From Bdellovibrionota bacterium (GTDB taxonomy: Bacteria > Bdellovibrionota_G > JALEGL01 > DATDPG01): DNA of 64,000 bases. The notes under the pieces are model-generated. The model saw nothing but the letters and a program-made list of their open reading frames with translations. It had not been told where the DNA came from and did no database searches. Positions 8,964 through 18,870 of the stretch are shown one piece after another. The number at the start of each line of letters is the position of its first letter. Position 1 is the stretch's first letter. The DNA lies in NCBI GenBank assembly GCA_963668355.1, contig OY764265.1, positions 2,272,001 through 2,336,000 of the forward strand. Reading direction: 5' to 3'. The translations under genes were made by a program, and so were the position numbers.

Positions 8964-9020
8964 CATTCAAAAAGACACTGGCGAGCACTGTCGGGGCGCA
9001 GTCCAGTGTCTTTTTGAATG
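8964..9020. terminator. Perfect 18-bp inverted repeat downstream of infA (likely terminator)
   Basis: CATTCAAAAAGACACTGG (8964..8981) / CCAGTGTCTTTTTGAATG (9003..9020), 21-nt loop. Confidence 0.65.
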
Positions 9021-9049
9021 ACAGGACCCGCAAGTTTGAAAGAAAGAAG

Positions 9050-9286
9050 TTAGCGGTTCAATTGAGGATCTCGGCCACGATACGTGATGAGGCCGTGCGT
9101 GGGATCGTAGGGCGAGACGCCTACGGTTACATGATCTCCCAAAATCACGCGAATATGGCGACGACGCAATTTTCCGGCAAGCTTTGCCGTTAATTTGAGG
9201 CCTTTGTCCCCTTCAACAATGAAGTTCCCGCCCGCGAGAACCTCTGTCACTCTGCCTTCGATCAATACTAAGTCGTCTTTTGCCAT
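9050..9286 (-). CDS. infA: Translation initiation factor IF-1
   Basis: MAKDDLVLIEGRVTEVL...AGKLRRRHIRVILGDHVTVGVSPYD; ATG 9286. Confidence 0.95.
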   Translation of the reverse strand: MAKDDLVLIEGRVTEVLAGGNFIVEGDKGLKLTAKLAGKLRRRHIRVILGDHVTVGVSPYDPTHGLITYRGRDPQLNR

Positions 9287-9408
9287 AAACTGGAGGGTCT
9301 TGTAGCACAAAGCGTTGATATAACGAAGAAAAGTTTTCCGGGGGAATTTGCTATCTGGGTACATGTCACCGATTTCTCCGAAATCGGTACACGTCCCCAC
9401 GCAAATTC

Positions 9409-10854
9409 TTAACCGGCATCCTTTTTGGCGGCTTCCAATGCATCTCCGAAGAGGGAGTGAGCCACATTGATGTTGTGGTCTTCGGGGCGAACCAAGTTCA
9501 CGACGGAGAGGGCGCTGCCCGTTCCTTGGGTGTTGGCCAGGTTGATAACAGGCCCAGCCAAATGCCGTTGACCTTGGGCATCCAGAACCACTTTCACGGT
9601 CGGAAATTCCATATGCTCTGGATTGGTTGGAACCTGCAAAACGATCGCCATGGATCCATCATTCAGTTGAACCAGGGCACCGACTGGATAGATTCCCACT
9701 GTGTGCACGAAGGCTTTGACCAATAGAGGGTCAAACTTGGTTCCGGCATTGTCCATCAAGATTTTTAAAGCGACGGTGGGAAGCATTCCACGTTGATAAA
9801 CGCGATTGGTCGTCATGGCATCGTACGCATCGGAAATGGCCACAACGCGAGAATAGAAATTCAATTCTTTTTTGATTCCCGTTTGGGGGTACCCGGAGCA
9901 ATCGTAATTTCGATGATGCTCAAATGCGGCGATCATTTTTTTGATGTCAATTTCTTCAAAGCCCCCCTTCATTCCGATCATTTCTTTGATCGCCATGAGG
10001 GGGTGTTCTTTCATGATGGCCCATTCGTCATCATTGAAACGACCCGGTTTGTTGAGAATTTTCGTGGGAATGCGGGTCTTTCCAAAGTCGTGATAGAGAC
10101 CCGCCAAACCAAGTTCTCCAATTTGCCTCTTGGAAAGGCCTAGGTTTTTTCCAAAGGCAATGGAAATGACACAGACATTTACGGAATGGTTGAACGTATA
10201 TTCGTCGTAGTTTTTGATGTTGGATAGGCCCAGAAACGAGAAGCCTTCTTCCATGCAAATGTCGACCAAGTTGTACACGACGCGTTTGGCTTTTCGCGTG
10301 TCAGACGACTGTGCCGTGATGGCCTTGGTCGTTGTTCCTTTCATGATGTCGATGGCTTTGATGTAGTTTTTCATGGCCCGTTGTTTTGCATTCACAACGG
10401 AAGATTTAATGTCTTCTTTGGCGACTGTTTTTTTTGCCTGTCGCATGAGAAGTTCAATCGATTGAAATCCTTTGGCTTGCAACAAACCATTTAATGTTTC
10501 GGCACCGACCGCAGAATCTTTCGACAACGTTTGAACGAAAAACGCAAGCTCTTCAAGGCTGGGCACTTCCTGAATTCGAATGCCGCCGATGTCTTTTTGA
10601 GCAAAGAGGTTGTCGATGAATCGAAAGGTTCCGAATGTTGAGATGTCGCTCCGAATTTTCGTTTCGTTGAGAAAAATTCCCATGTCGATGGACTCGAGTG
10701 TGAGAACACCTTCTTCAGCAATCATGGTTTCAAGTAAGCCATGAAATTGTTCGACCGGATGTTGAAACGCACGGTTTCCAGGGTCATGAATTTGGGCGGT
10801 TTTCAGGAGCATGAAGAGTTGGTTGATGAGATATTTTCGTTGGTCAATTCCCAT
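9409..10854 (-). CDS. HD-GYP domain protein (putative cyclic dinucleotide phosphodiesterase)
   Basis: YTFNHSVNV, HDFGK, HHRNYDCSGYP, DAYDAMTTNRVY. Confidence 0.88.
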   Translation of the reverse strand: MGIDQRKYLINQLFMLLKTAQIHDPGNRAFQHPVEQFHGLLETMIAEEGVLTLESIDMGIFLNETKIRSDISTFGTFRFIDNLFAQKDIGGIRIQEVPSLEELAFFVQTLSKDSAVGAETLNGLLQAKGFQSIELLMRQAKKTVAKEDIKSSVVNAKQRAMKNYIKAIDIMKGTTTKAITAQSSDTRKAKRVVYNLVDICMEEGFSFLGLSNIKNYDEYTFNHSVNVCVISIAFGKNLGLSKRQIGELGLAGLYHDFGKTRIPTKILNKPGRFNDDEWAIMKEHPLMAIKEMIGMKGGFEEIDIKKMIAAFEHHRNYDCSGYPQTGIKKELNFYSRVVAISDAYDAMTTNRVYQRGMLPTVALKILMDNAGTKFDPLLVKAFVHTVGIYPVGALVQLNDGSMAIVLQVPTNPEHMEFPTVKVVLDAQGQRHLAGPVINLANTQGTGSALSVVNLVRPEDHNINVAHSLFGDALEAAKKDAG

Positions 10855-12608
10855 TACCGAGTCTCCTGTTTTTGCTGAGTGGTGGATAGCAAGCGCAAAG
10901 CATTCTCGCTTAGTTTCTTAATGACTTTGTTTTTGGACTGAGAGAGCTTTTGAAGGGTTTCTCTGGAACGCGGAGTTCCAATTGTAGCGAGTCCATAGGT
11001 GGCCAATTGATATTGGGTTTCATCTTCCGTTTTCGAAAACCAACGTTTTGCCGAAAGGATGCTTTCCAGGAAGGGGATAAAGTCATCCCCGGCCACCTTT
11101 GCGACCGCATAAAAATACGCACGACGTTCTTGCGTAGATTTTTTTCCAAAATTTTCAGAGTTGATGACGGACATGAGGTGACGAGCCACTTCTTTGTCTT
11201 TGGCTAAGGCTAAGGTCCTTAAGGCTGCCATTCGAGAGGATTCGGATCGATCATCCAAGAGCTTTAAAAGAATGGAGAAGGTTTTGGAGGAGGGGTGGTT
11301 TTGCAGGACCGAAATGGCATCTCGTTGAACGTTTGGATCTGGATGTTTGATCAGGCCAGGTAGAAGGTCGACGATTTTGTCACTTTTGATTCGTGAAAGA
11401 ATGAAAATCCCCAGACGGACCATGGCCGGATCCCGAGAACTCAAGATGGGGCGGAAAGGCTCAAAGTCACCGGCTTTGCACAAAGAAGCCATTCCATGAC
11501 CGATTTCTTTTCGGCGATGGTCGGAGACCACCGTTGGAAGTAAAGAAATTAAATCGGGCAGGGCAGCTGCGCCCATGGATCGAACTAAGAACACGACATC
11601 TTCTGGTGAGGCCGAAATTCCTTGGTTGATGGATTGAATGAAAAGATCGATGCGCACTTTGGGCCAAAGGATTTTTAAGGTTTGGGCCACGGCTTGGGGA
11701 TTCTTTTCCTTCAGGGCGATGGAACGCGAGGGAAGTTGATGAATGTGTTCCATAATGATGCGTGCGAGATGCAAGTTCCCTTGCAGGATGTTCGTGTCGA
11801 GGACACTTCCAACAGCTTCCAGAGCTTTGATGTAATCGGCGACTTCCGTTTCTTCCTGCAATACGGCCATAAGCATGTCGACAAAGTCTAGGATGAGCCG
11901 CTCGGGTCGGTCGGATTGAGAAATGTCTGTTTGAATCTGTTCCAGCTCGTCGGAGGTCAGCACCGATCGCTCTTGAAACATCTTTCCGACACTTCCCATA
12001 TTGAGCGTGACTTTGACATCGTTGTACGCCAAATCGTCGTAGACATCCTCTTGGGCCACATCCCCAGTCGACTCATATTGGGTCATGTTGGGGTCGAGAA
12101 GTTCCTCCATCTTCTCATCGGTGGATTTGTGATCAATCGTGGGTTCTTCAATGATCGAGTCCGCCACCGAATAAGTGATGTGTTCAAACTCTCTTTCCCA
12201 AAAAAGCGTTACCGAATCGGAATCCGATTCCTTTCCCGACATTTGGGAGTTTAGAGCATCGACAAAATCCGCGATTTCCTCAGTGGTAATGCCAGATTTA
12301 AAACTGATGGAGCGAATTCCGTCATTGAAGAGCTTAAAAGAGAAACTCTCCTGTTCATGGGTGTTTTGGTACACCACTTCCTGGTCGACTTTGAATTCAT
12401 AGGGCTCAACCACAAATGAGAGATCCTCTTTTTGAGAGAGATAGTGGTTGAACTCATTCATCAAGTCTTGTTGATGTTTGATTAATACCGGATTGTTAGC
12501 CGCGTAGAGTCTTCGGGAACGAACCGTTCGATCCAAAGCCAGAATGATTTTTCCAATTCGTTCGAGTTCTTCCGGTGCGAGGGTCGTTTCTTGAGTTTCA
12601 TCAGCCAT
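10854..12608 (-). CDS. HEAT-repeat protein
   Basis: Repeats such as LIKHPDPNVQRDAISVL and LLDDRSESSRMAALRTL; 1-bp overlap with the HD-GYP gene. Confidence 0.75.
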   Translation of the reverse strand: MADETQETTLAPEELERIGKIILALDRTVRSRRLYAANNPVLIKHQQDLMNEFNHYLSQKEDLSFVVEPYEFKVDQEVVYQNTHEQESFSFKLFNDGIRSISFKSGITTEEIADFVDALNSQMSGKESDSDSVTLFWEREFEHITYSVADSIIEEPTIDHKSTDEKMEELLDPNMTQYESTGDVAQEDVYDDLAYNDVKVTLNMGSVGKMFQERSVLTSDELEQIQTDISQSDRPERLILDFVDMLMAVLQEETEVADYIKALEAVGSVLDTNILQGNLHLARIIMEHIHQLPSRSIALKEKNPQAVAQTLKILWPKVRIDLFIQSINQGISASPEDVVFLVRSMGAAALPDLISLLPTVVSDHRRKEIGHGMASLCKAGDFEPFRPILSSRDPAMVRLGIFILSRIKSDKIVDLLPGLIKHPDPNVQRDAISVLQNHPSSKTFSILLKLLDDRSESSRMAALRTLALAKDKEVARHLMSVINSENFGKKSTQERRAYFYAVAKVAGDDFIPFLESILSAKRWFSKTEDETQYQLATYGLATIGTPRSRETLQKLSQSKNKVIKKLSENALRLLSTTQQKQETR

Positions 12609-12667
12609 AGAGTATTAACTTAAAATTCTAGCAGCTTTCGGAGATCAAGCCTACAGGGCGTGGGTGA

Positions 12668-13255
12668 ATGGAGAAGAAAAAGGTGGATAAGAACATTCAA
12701 TTCCTTAAGATTTTGTCTGTGAATCGATCTCGTCTCATATATTACGTGGGTTTTCCTGCGCTCATGATCGTGCTCTGCGGTTTTTCTTATTATTTAGGAT
12801 TCAATCGAGGGGCACAATCCATCAAAACCTCCAAAACCCAAAACCCAACCCCATCCGAAGGGGTTCATGAACCCACAGAGGATTTAACCTTTTTTAAGAC
12901 CTTGAAAGAAGATGTCCCCGCTTCGAATCCGAAGAAGGAAGTGGCGGAGAAGCCAACTCCGAAGGTCTCGGCCGCGCCTAAGACCAAACCGGCCCCCAAA
13001 GCCGTCGCGTCGAAAGGAGATTTTGTGATTCAAGTTTCGGCGTTCAAGGACATTGGTCGGGCCCACGAATTGATCGATGTCTTGAAAAACAAAGGATTTC
13101 AAGCCTTTGGCCAACATCGAAGGCGGGGAACTCAGGAGTTTTATCGTGTTTATGTGGGGCCCTTTTTGGCGAAGACCGATGCCGAAAAGGAAGGTCGGAG
13201 GTTGTCTTCGGCTGGGTTTCCAGACCATTTCTTGACCAAGGCTCCAAAAAAGTGA
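12668..13255 (+). CDS. SPOR domain protein (FtsN/DedD-like)
   Basis: N-terminal TM, LTFFKTL motif, Pro/Lys linker, C-terminal FVIQVSAF...YRVYVGPF. Confidence 0.85.
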   Translation: MEKKKVDKNIQFLKILSVNRSRLIYYVGFPALMIVLCGFSYYLGFNRGAQSIKTSKTQNPTPSEGVHEPTEDLTFFKTLKEDVPASNPKKEVAEKPTPKVSAAPKTKPAPKAVASKGDFVIQVSAFKDIGRAHELIDVLKNKGFQAFGQHRRRGTQEFYRVYVGPFLAKTDAEKEGRRLSSAGFPDHFLTKAPKK

Positions 13256-14016
13256 GTCGGAAGTCTCGATCGCTCTCTTCGGCCCCGATATTGGTTTGGG
13301 GGGCCCATGTGGTCCAAGAGGCCTTGGACTCGTCCCATGCAGAAATTGAGTCCTTATATATGGTGAATGAGTCCAAATCCCGTCTCAGTGACCTCTTCCA
13401 ACAGGCTCGGAAGCAAAACCTCAAGGTTCATTCAGAAACGCGCCAAAGTCTGACCCAAAAAACCGAAGGCGCGGAACAGCACCAAGGGGTTGCGGCTCGG
13501 GTTCGTTTGCGAACGTATGAGGATGTGCAAGAGGTCATAGATAAGTGCTCATTATCCTTGCCCATTTGGGCTTTGGCCTTGGATCAGGTGACGGACCCCC
13601 GAAATTTGGGGGCCATTTTACGATCCGCCCATTTTTTTGGCGCATCTTGCGTGATTCTTCCCCGAGATCATTCGGCTTCGTTGACCGGCGTGGTGGCCAA
13701 GGCCTCCGCCGGAGCTCTGTTCTCGCTACCTCTGGTCTGGGTCTCCAATTTGGCCAGGGAGATGGAACGGCTCGAACGTCTGGATTTTTGGCGAGTGGGC
13801 TTAGACGCCTCTTCCGAGAGGACTTTGACACAAGCTCTTCCGGAAAAGCGCTCCACACTGCTGGTTTTGGGGAGTGAGGGGAGGGGCTTGCGAGATTTGA
13901 CGGCCAAGCGATGTGACGAATTGGCCAAGTTGTCCATTTCGGGGCATCGAGACAGTTTGAATGTGTCGGTGGCGGCAGGAATTGCCTGTTTTGAAGTAGC
14001 CATGAAGAGGCGTTAA
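13252..14016 (+). CDS. rlmB: 23S rRNA (G2251-2'-O) methyltransferase, TrmH family
   Basis: HQGV, LDQVTDPRNLGAILRSA, GSEGRG, SLNVSVAAGI. Confidence 0.88.
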   Translation: MSRKSRSLSSAPILVWGAHVVQEALDSSHAEIESLYMVNESKSRLSDLFQQARKQNLKVHSETRQSLTQKTEGAEQHQGVAARVRLRTYEDVQEVIDKCSLSLPIWALALDQVTDPRNLGAILRSAHFFGASCVILPRDHSASLTGVVAKASAGALFSLPLVWVSNLAREMERLERLDFWRVGLDASSERTLTQALPEKRSTLLVLGSEGRGLRDLTAKRCDELAKLSISGHRDSLNVSVAAGIACFEVAMKRR

Positions 14017-14067
14017 TTGAGGCTTTAAAACGACGAAAAAACTTAATAATTTTCTTCCTTTATTTTC

Positions 14068-14097
14068 TTGACACGCTACGCGATTTTACCCTATATA
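14068..14097 (+). promoter_or_regulatory. Sigma-70 promoter of the tRNA-tuf operon
   Basis: TTGACA, 18-nt spacer, TATATA, then a GC-rich discriminator CGCGCGC; AT-rich upstream. Confidence 0.55.
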
Positions 14098-14178
14098 CGC
14101 GCGCTTTCATTCCACGAAAACGTAAGTGAGCATAAGTCAGAAGTGTTGGAAAAAATTAAATTTTTTTGTGCGAGCTAT

Positions 14179-14254
14179 GCTGGCGTAGCTCAATTGGTAG
14201 AGCAGCTGATTTGTAATCAGCAGGTTGCGGGTTCGAGTCCCATCGCCAGCTCCA
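14179..14254 (+). tRNA. tRNA-Thr(TGT)
   Basis: 76-nt cloverleaf, anticodon arm CTGAT-TTGTAA-TCAG, GGTTCGAG, CCA end. Confidence 0.97.
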
Positions 14255-14294
14255 TTTTAGGACCGATCGACCGCACGGACGGCTTGGATTTTGT

Positions 14295-14380
14295 GGAGAG
14301 GTGCCCGAGCGGCCAAAGGGAGCAGACTGTAAATCTGCCGGCTAATGCCTTCGAAGGTTCGAATCCTTCCCTCTCCACCA
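14295..14380 (+). tRNA. tRNA-Tyr(GTA)
   Basis: 86 nt with long variable arm, GCAGA-CTGTAAA-TCTGC, CCA end. Confidence 0.97.
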
Positions 14381-14415
14381 GCTTATTTCGTGGGCTGAGG
14401 GAGGATGTACGGCGA

Positions 14416-14491
14416 GCGGGGGTAGCTCAATTGGTAGAGCATCAGCCTTCCAAGCTGAGGGTCGCGGGTTCGAGCCCCGTTCCCCGCTCCA
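14416..14491 (+). tRNA. tRNA-Gly(TCC)
   Basis: TCAGC-CTTCCAA-GCTGA anticodon arm, CCA end. Confidence 0.97.
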
Positions 14492-14586
14492 TTTTTCGTG
14501 GAAAAAAGAATGAAAATCAACGGTTGAAAGATACAAATGGTTTGATAAACAGCGCAAAATTTGTGACCAAGAGGGTCGCAAGCCGC

Positions 14587-14662
<76 letters not shown>

Positions 14663-14691
14663 GCATGCTGAGCAATTAAGGAGAACAGGGA

Positions 14692-15894
14692 ATGTCCAAA
14701 GAAAAGTTTGAGAGAACAAAACCTCATGTGAACGTTGGAACCATTGGTCACGTTGACCATGGAAAAACCACATTAACTGCAGCCATCACCAACGTATTGT
14801 CTACAAAAGGTCTATCGACGTTTAAGGCATATGATGACGTTGCAAAAGCCGATGCGAAGTCTTTCCGACGAGACGCAACCAAGATTTTGACGGTTGCTTT
14901 GGCTCACGTCGAATATGAGTCTGAAAAACGTCACTATGCTCACATCGATTGCCCGGGTCATGCGGACTACATCAAAAACATGATTTCTGGTGCAGCTCAA
15001 ATGGATGGAGCGATTCTCGTGGTTAGCGCGGTTGACGGCCCCATGCCTCAAACCCGTGAGCACATTCTTTTGGCCAGGCAGGTGAACGTCCCAGCCGTTG
15101 TCGTCTTCATGAACAAAGTCGACTTGGTGGACGATCCTGAAATGCTAGAACTCGTTGAAATGGAAGTTCGAGAGCTTCTTTCTAAATACGAATTCGATGG
15201 CGACAACATTCCTGTGGTGAAGGGAAGTGCCATTGGTGCATTGACGGAGCCTGAGGGAGATGCGGCCAAGGCCATTTGGGAGCTCATGGATGCATTGGAT
15301 AGTACGATTCCTGAGCCCGTTCGAGACACCGACAAACCCTTCTTGCTTCCGATTGAAGACGTGTTCTCCATCGAAGGTCGTGGAACGGTTGTTACGGGTC
15401 GTGTTGAGCGTGGAACCATTAAAGTGGGTGAAGACGTTGAAATTGTGGGTCTTCGTGAAACACGCAAGACGGTTTGCACCGGTGTTGAGATGTTCAAAAA
15501 ACTTCTCGACCAAGGTCAAGCTGGCGACAATATCGGCGCCTTGATTCGAGGAGTTAAACGGGATGAAGTTGAGCGCGGACAGGTTTTGTGCAAACCCGGC
15601 TCAATCACACCTCATACACAATTCAAAGCAACGGCCTATATCTTGAAGAAAGACGAGGGTGGAAGACACACGCCTTTCTTTAAAGGATATCGTCCTCAAT
15701 TCTTCTTCAGAACAACCGACGTGACGGGTGTTATGACGTTGAAAGAAGGCGTCGAGATGGTTATGCCGGGCGACAACGTTGAAGTTGAAGTTGAACTCAT
15801 CAGCCCAATCGCGATGGAAAAAGAAAGCCGATTCGCCATTCGTGAAGGCGGCCGTACGGTTGGTGCCGGTGTGGTCTCTGAGGTCATCAAGTAA
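14692..15894 (+). CDS. tuf: Elongation factor Tu
   Basis: [31 protein letters not shown]. Confidence 0.99.
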   Translation: MSKEKFERTKPHVNVGTIGHVDHGKTTLTAAITNVLSTKGLSTFKAYDDVAKADAKSFRRDATKILTVALAHVEYESEKRHYAHIDCPGHADYIKNMISGAAQMDGAILVVSAVDGPMPQTREHILLARQVNVPAVVVFMNKVDLVDDPEMLELVEMEVRELLSKYEFDGDNIPVVKGSAIGALTEPEGDAAKAIWELMDALDSTIPEPVRDTDKPFLLPIEDVFSIEGRGTVVTGRVERGTIKVGEDVEIVGLRETRKTVCTGVEMFKKLLDQGQAGDNIGALIRGVKRDEVERGQVLCKPGSITPHTQFKATAYILKKDEGGRHTPFFKGYRPQFFFRTTDVTGVMTLKEGVEMVMPGDNVEVEVELISPIAMEKESRFAIREGGRTVGAGVVSEVIK

Positions 15895-15912
15895 GTAATT
15901 AAGGAGTGACGT

Positions 15913-16062
15913 GTGCGCACCATTATTCACTTAGAGTGCACCGCTTGTAAGCGGAAGAACTATTCGACGACGAAAAACAAGCGGACGAATAGTGAGAAGC
16001 TCGTGCGAAAGAAATTTTGCCGATCTTGCCGCAAACATACGGAGCATAAGGAAACCAAATAA
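15913..16062 (+). CDS. rpmG: 50S ribosomal protein L33 (zinc-binding form)
   Basis: Not in the ORF track; GTG start after [55 protein letters not shown]. Confidence 0.95.
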   Translation: MRTIIHLECTACKRKNYSTTKNKRTNSEKLVRKKFCRSCRKHTEHKETK

Positions 16063-16082
16063 TCCGATTGGAATGAACGACC

Positions 16083-16463
16083 ATGGGAAGTGAAAAGAAA
16101 TGGATCTATTTGAGCTACATCACGGCGACCTTGATGTTGTCGTGGGTCTTGGACAAAGTGCTCAAACTGATTGCCGGGGTGGCCAATCTGTCCAACCCGA
16201 TGTTTATGGGCGTGGTGAGAACCTCGACGGTGATTTCTGTCGTGGTGATGAGCATCATTGCCTATTTTTACTTCCGTCGACCTAAGGTCGATGCCTTCTC
16301 TCAGGATGTCATTCAAGAGGTGAAGAAGGTTACGTGGCCTCCACGAAAGAACGTTTATATGTCCACCATTGTTGTGGTCATTGGCGTGCTGATTGTGGCT
16401 GTCATTTTAGGGTTATACGACTGGCTTTGCGCAAGCCTGGTTGGGTTAATGATTAGTAGTTAG
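16083..16463 (+). CDS. secE: Preprotein translocase subunit SecE
   Basis: Three TM segments, EVKKVTWP; lies between rpmG and nusG. Confidence 0.92.
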   Translation: MGSEKKWIYLSYITATLMLSWVLDKVLKLIAGVANLSNPMFMGVVRTSTVISVVVMSIIAYFYFRRPKVDAFSQDVIQEVKKVTWPPRKNVYMSTIVVVIGVLIVAVILGLYDWLCASLVGLMISS

Positions 16464-16497
16464 TTGCGCGCTAACCCTCTTGTCAGAAAGAACTGCA

Positions 16498-17172
16498 GTG
16501 AGTGAACAAGAAAACAATGAGTTAGAATCGACTGGCGCATCCACGGCTGAGGTGGAAGAGTCCAATGTTTCTCAGGATACCCCTGTTGAACAGGACGCTG
16601 CTTCGAAGTCAGCTCAGGAAGCTCCCTCGTCTTCTGCCAAAGAGGATATGAAGTGGTATGTTGTGCACACGTACTCTGGTTTTGAGAACAAAGCCAAAAA
16701 GGCTTTGGAAGAACGTGTGGTGAGTTTGGGGAAGGAACAAGAGTTCGGTCAGGTGCTGGTTCCCTCAGAAAACGTCGTTGAGATGGTTCAGGGGAAAAAG
16801 AAGACGACGACCAAAAAATTCTTTCCCGGATACATCATGGTTCAAATGAACCTGTCTGAAGAGACATGGCATATTGTAAAGAATACTCCCAAAATTACGG
16901 GATTTGTGGGGGGAGGCATTAACCCTCCTGCGGTCCCAGAAGTCGAAGTCAACCGAATCGTCAAACAGATGTCTGAAGGGGCCGAAACGCCGAAAATGCG
17001 AACTACCTTTGAAAAGGGTGAGAGCGTTCGAGTTATTGATGGTCCGTTCCAGAATTTCAATGGTTTGGTGGATGAAGTGAAGCCTGACAAGGGCAAGCTT
17101 CGCGTCTTGGTGAGTATTTTTGGACGTTCTACTCCGGTGGAGTTGGACTTTATTCAAGTGGAGAAGAACTAA
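16498..17172 (+). CDS. nusG: Transcription termination/antitermination factor NusG with acidic N-terminal extension
   Basis: [36 protein letters not shown]; start uncertain (TTG 16480 or GTG 16498). Confidence 0.95.
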   Translation: MSEQENNELESTGASTAEVEESNVSQDTPVEQDAASKSAQEAPSSSAKEDMKWYVVHTYSGFENKAKKALEERVVSLGKEQEFGQVLVPSENVVEMVQGKKKTTTKKFFPGYIMVQMNLSEETWHIVKNTPKITGFVGGGINPPAVPEVEVNRIVKQMSEGAETPKMRTTFEKGESVRVIDGPFQNFNGLVDEVKPDKGKLRVLVSIFGRSTPVELDFIQVEKN

Positions 17173-17173
17173 A

Positions 17174-17602
17174 ATGGCAGCGAAGAAAGTACAGGCGATT
17201 GTCAAATTGCAGATTCCTGCGGGGAAAGCCAATCCGGCTCCTCCTGTGGGTCCAGCCTTGGGGCAGCATGGTGTAAATATCATGGACTTCTGCAAACAGT
17301 TCAATGCGGCAACGGCAAAAGAAGGTGACACGATCATTCCGGTGGTCATCACCATTTATGCCGATCGATCGTTTACATTTATTACAAAGACGCCACCGGC
17401 TTCAGATTTGTTGAAGAAGGCTGCAAGCGTGAAAAAAGGGTCCGGTGAACCCAACAAAAATAAAGTTGGAAAAGTGACCCGTGCGAAGGTGGAAGAAATC
17501 GCGAAACTAAAGAATCCAGACTTAACCGCTGCTGACCTCAAAGCCGCAATGAAGACGATTGAGGGGACAGCACGAAGTATGGGACTTGAGGTAATAGGGT
17601 AA
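17174..17602 (+). CDS. rplK: 50S ribosomal protein L11
   Basis: [21 protein letters not shown] 17174. Confidence 0.98.
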   Translation: MAAKKVQAIVKLQIPAGKANPAPPVGPALGQHGVNIMDFCKQFNAATAKEGDTIIPVVITIYADRSFTFITKTPPASDLLKKAASVKKGSGEPNKNKVGKVTRAKVEEIAKLKNPDLTAADLKAAMKTIEGTARSMGLEVIG

Positions 17603-17607
17603 AAATA

Positions 17608-18300
17608 ATGGCAAAAATAGGTAAGCGCTACAATGCGAGCGCGAAAACATACGACAGGCAGAAATTGCACACCGTGTCGGAGGCGTTGGATCTCCTCGCC
17701 GAAATGCCTAAAGCCAAGTTCAACGAAACCGTTGAGCTCTCGGTTCGTTTGGGGGTTAACCCCAAGCATGCGGATCAGATGGTCCGAGGTTCTGTGAGTC
17801 TTCCTCATGGAACAGGTAAAGATGTACGGGTGTTGGTTTTTGCTAAAGGTGAAAAAGAACAGGAAGCTCGGGATGCTGGAGCGGATGAGGTTGGAAGTGA
17901 CGACTTGGTGAAAAAAATCCAGGGCGGCTGGTTTGACTTCGACAAGGTTGTGGCAACCCCTGACATGATGGGTTCGGTGGGTAAAATCGGAAAACTTTTG
18001 GGACCTCGTGGTTTGATGCCCAATCCCAAAACCGGAACCGTGACCATGGATGTTAAAAAGGCTGTAGAGGAACTAAAGGCTGGAAAGGTGGATTATCGGG
18101 TCGATAAAGGCGGTGTGGTTCACACTGTGATCGGCCGAGCCTCCTTTGAAAAGCAAAAGTTGGAAGAAAACTTTTCTTCGTTGATGGATTCCATCGTTAA
18201 AGCGAAGCCATCAACAGCCAAAGGAACCTATCTAAAGAGCATTACGATTTCGACAACGATGGGTCCGGGCGTGCGACTTGATCCCGGTACTGCGGGATAA
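17608..18300 (+). CDS. rplA: 50S ribosomal protein L1
   Basis: [21 protein letters not shown]. Confidence 0.98.
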   Translation: MAKIGKRYNASAKTYDRQKLHTVSEALDLLAEMPKAKFNETVELSVRLGVNPKHADQMVRGSVSLPHGTGKDVRVLVFAKGEKEQEARDAGADEVGSDDLVKKIQGGWFDFDKVVATPDMMGSVGKIGKLLGPRGLMPNPKTGTVTMDVKKAVEELKAGKVDYRVDKGGVVHTVIGRASFEKQKLEENFSSLMDSIVKAKPSTAKGTYLKSITISTTMGPGVRLDPGTAG

Positions 18301-18309
18301 GGAGTAGCT

Positions 18310-18849
18310 ATGCCAAGCACAAATCGAATTTCAAAAGAGAATATGGTTCAAGGCATAAAAGAGTCGATTTCTTCGGCTCAAGCCGCAATCCTAGCTGAGC
18401 AATCTGGCATTACCGTGGAAAAGGTGACGGAGCTTCGTGCGAAGTTACGTGAGCAAAACATCTTTTTCAAAGTGATGAAAAATACGCTGGCCAAACGAGC
18501 GATCGAAGATACTTCCCTGGCGGAGTTGAAGGATCACTTGAGTGGCCCGAATATCTTAGCCGTAACCTCGGATGACCCCGTGGGCATGGCCAAAGCTTTG
18601 GTCGAGTTTGCCAAGCAAGAAAAAGAAAAACTTGTAATCAAGGCTGGTGTTTTGGATGGAAAACTCCTGGACGCCAAAGAAGTAGTGGCGTTGGCGACAA
18701 TCCCCCCCCGAGAAGTCCTTCTTGGGCGTTTGGTTGGGGCTTTGCAGTCGCCGTACGCTGGTCTCGTTTACACCCTTTCCGGGGTTCTTCGGAAGTTCGT
18801 GTACGCCCTTGAAGCGATCCGAAGTCAAAAAGAAGAACAGGGCAAGTAG
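18310..18849 (+). CDS. rplJ: 50S ribosomal protein L10
   Basis: KVMKNTLAKRA, synteny. Confidence 0.95.
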   Translation: MPSTNRISKENMVQGIKESISSAQAAILAEQSGITVEKVTELRAKLREQNIFFKVMKNTLAKRAIEDTSLAELKDHLSGPNILAVTSDDPVGMAKALVEFAKQEKEKLVIKAGVLDGKLLDAKEVVALATIPPREVLLGRLVGALQSPYAGLVYTLSGVLRKFVYALEAIRSQKEEQGK

Positions 18850-18870
18850 AAACTGGAGGACTTAAGAGTC

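Noticed and set aside
8749..9193. ORFs 8749..9021 and 8867..9193 on the + strand
   Set aside because: No recognisable motifs; they run through hairpins and the second is antisense to infA
9287..9400. N-terminally extended IF-1 (116 aa)
   Set aside because: The IF-1 consensus begins at MAKDD (9286); the extension has no support
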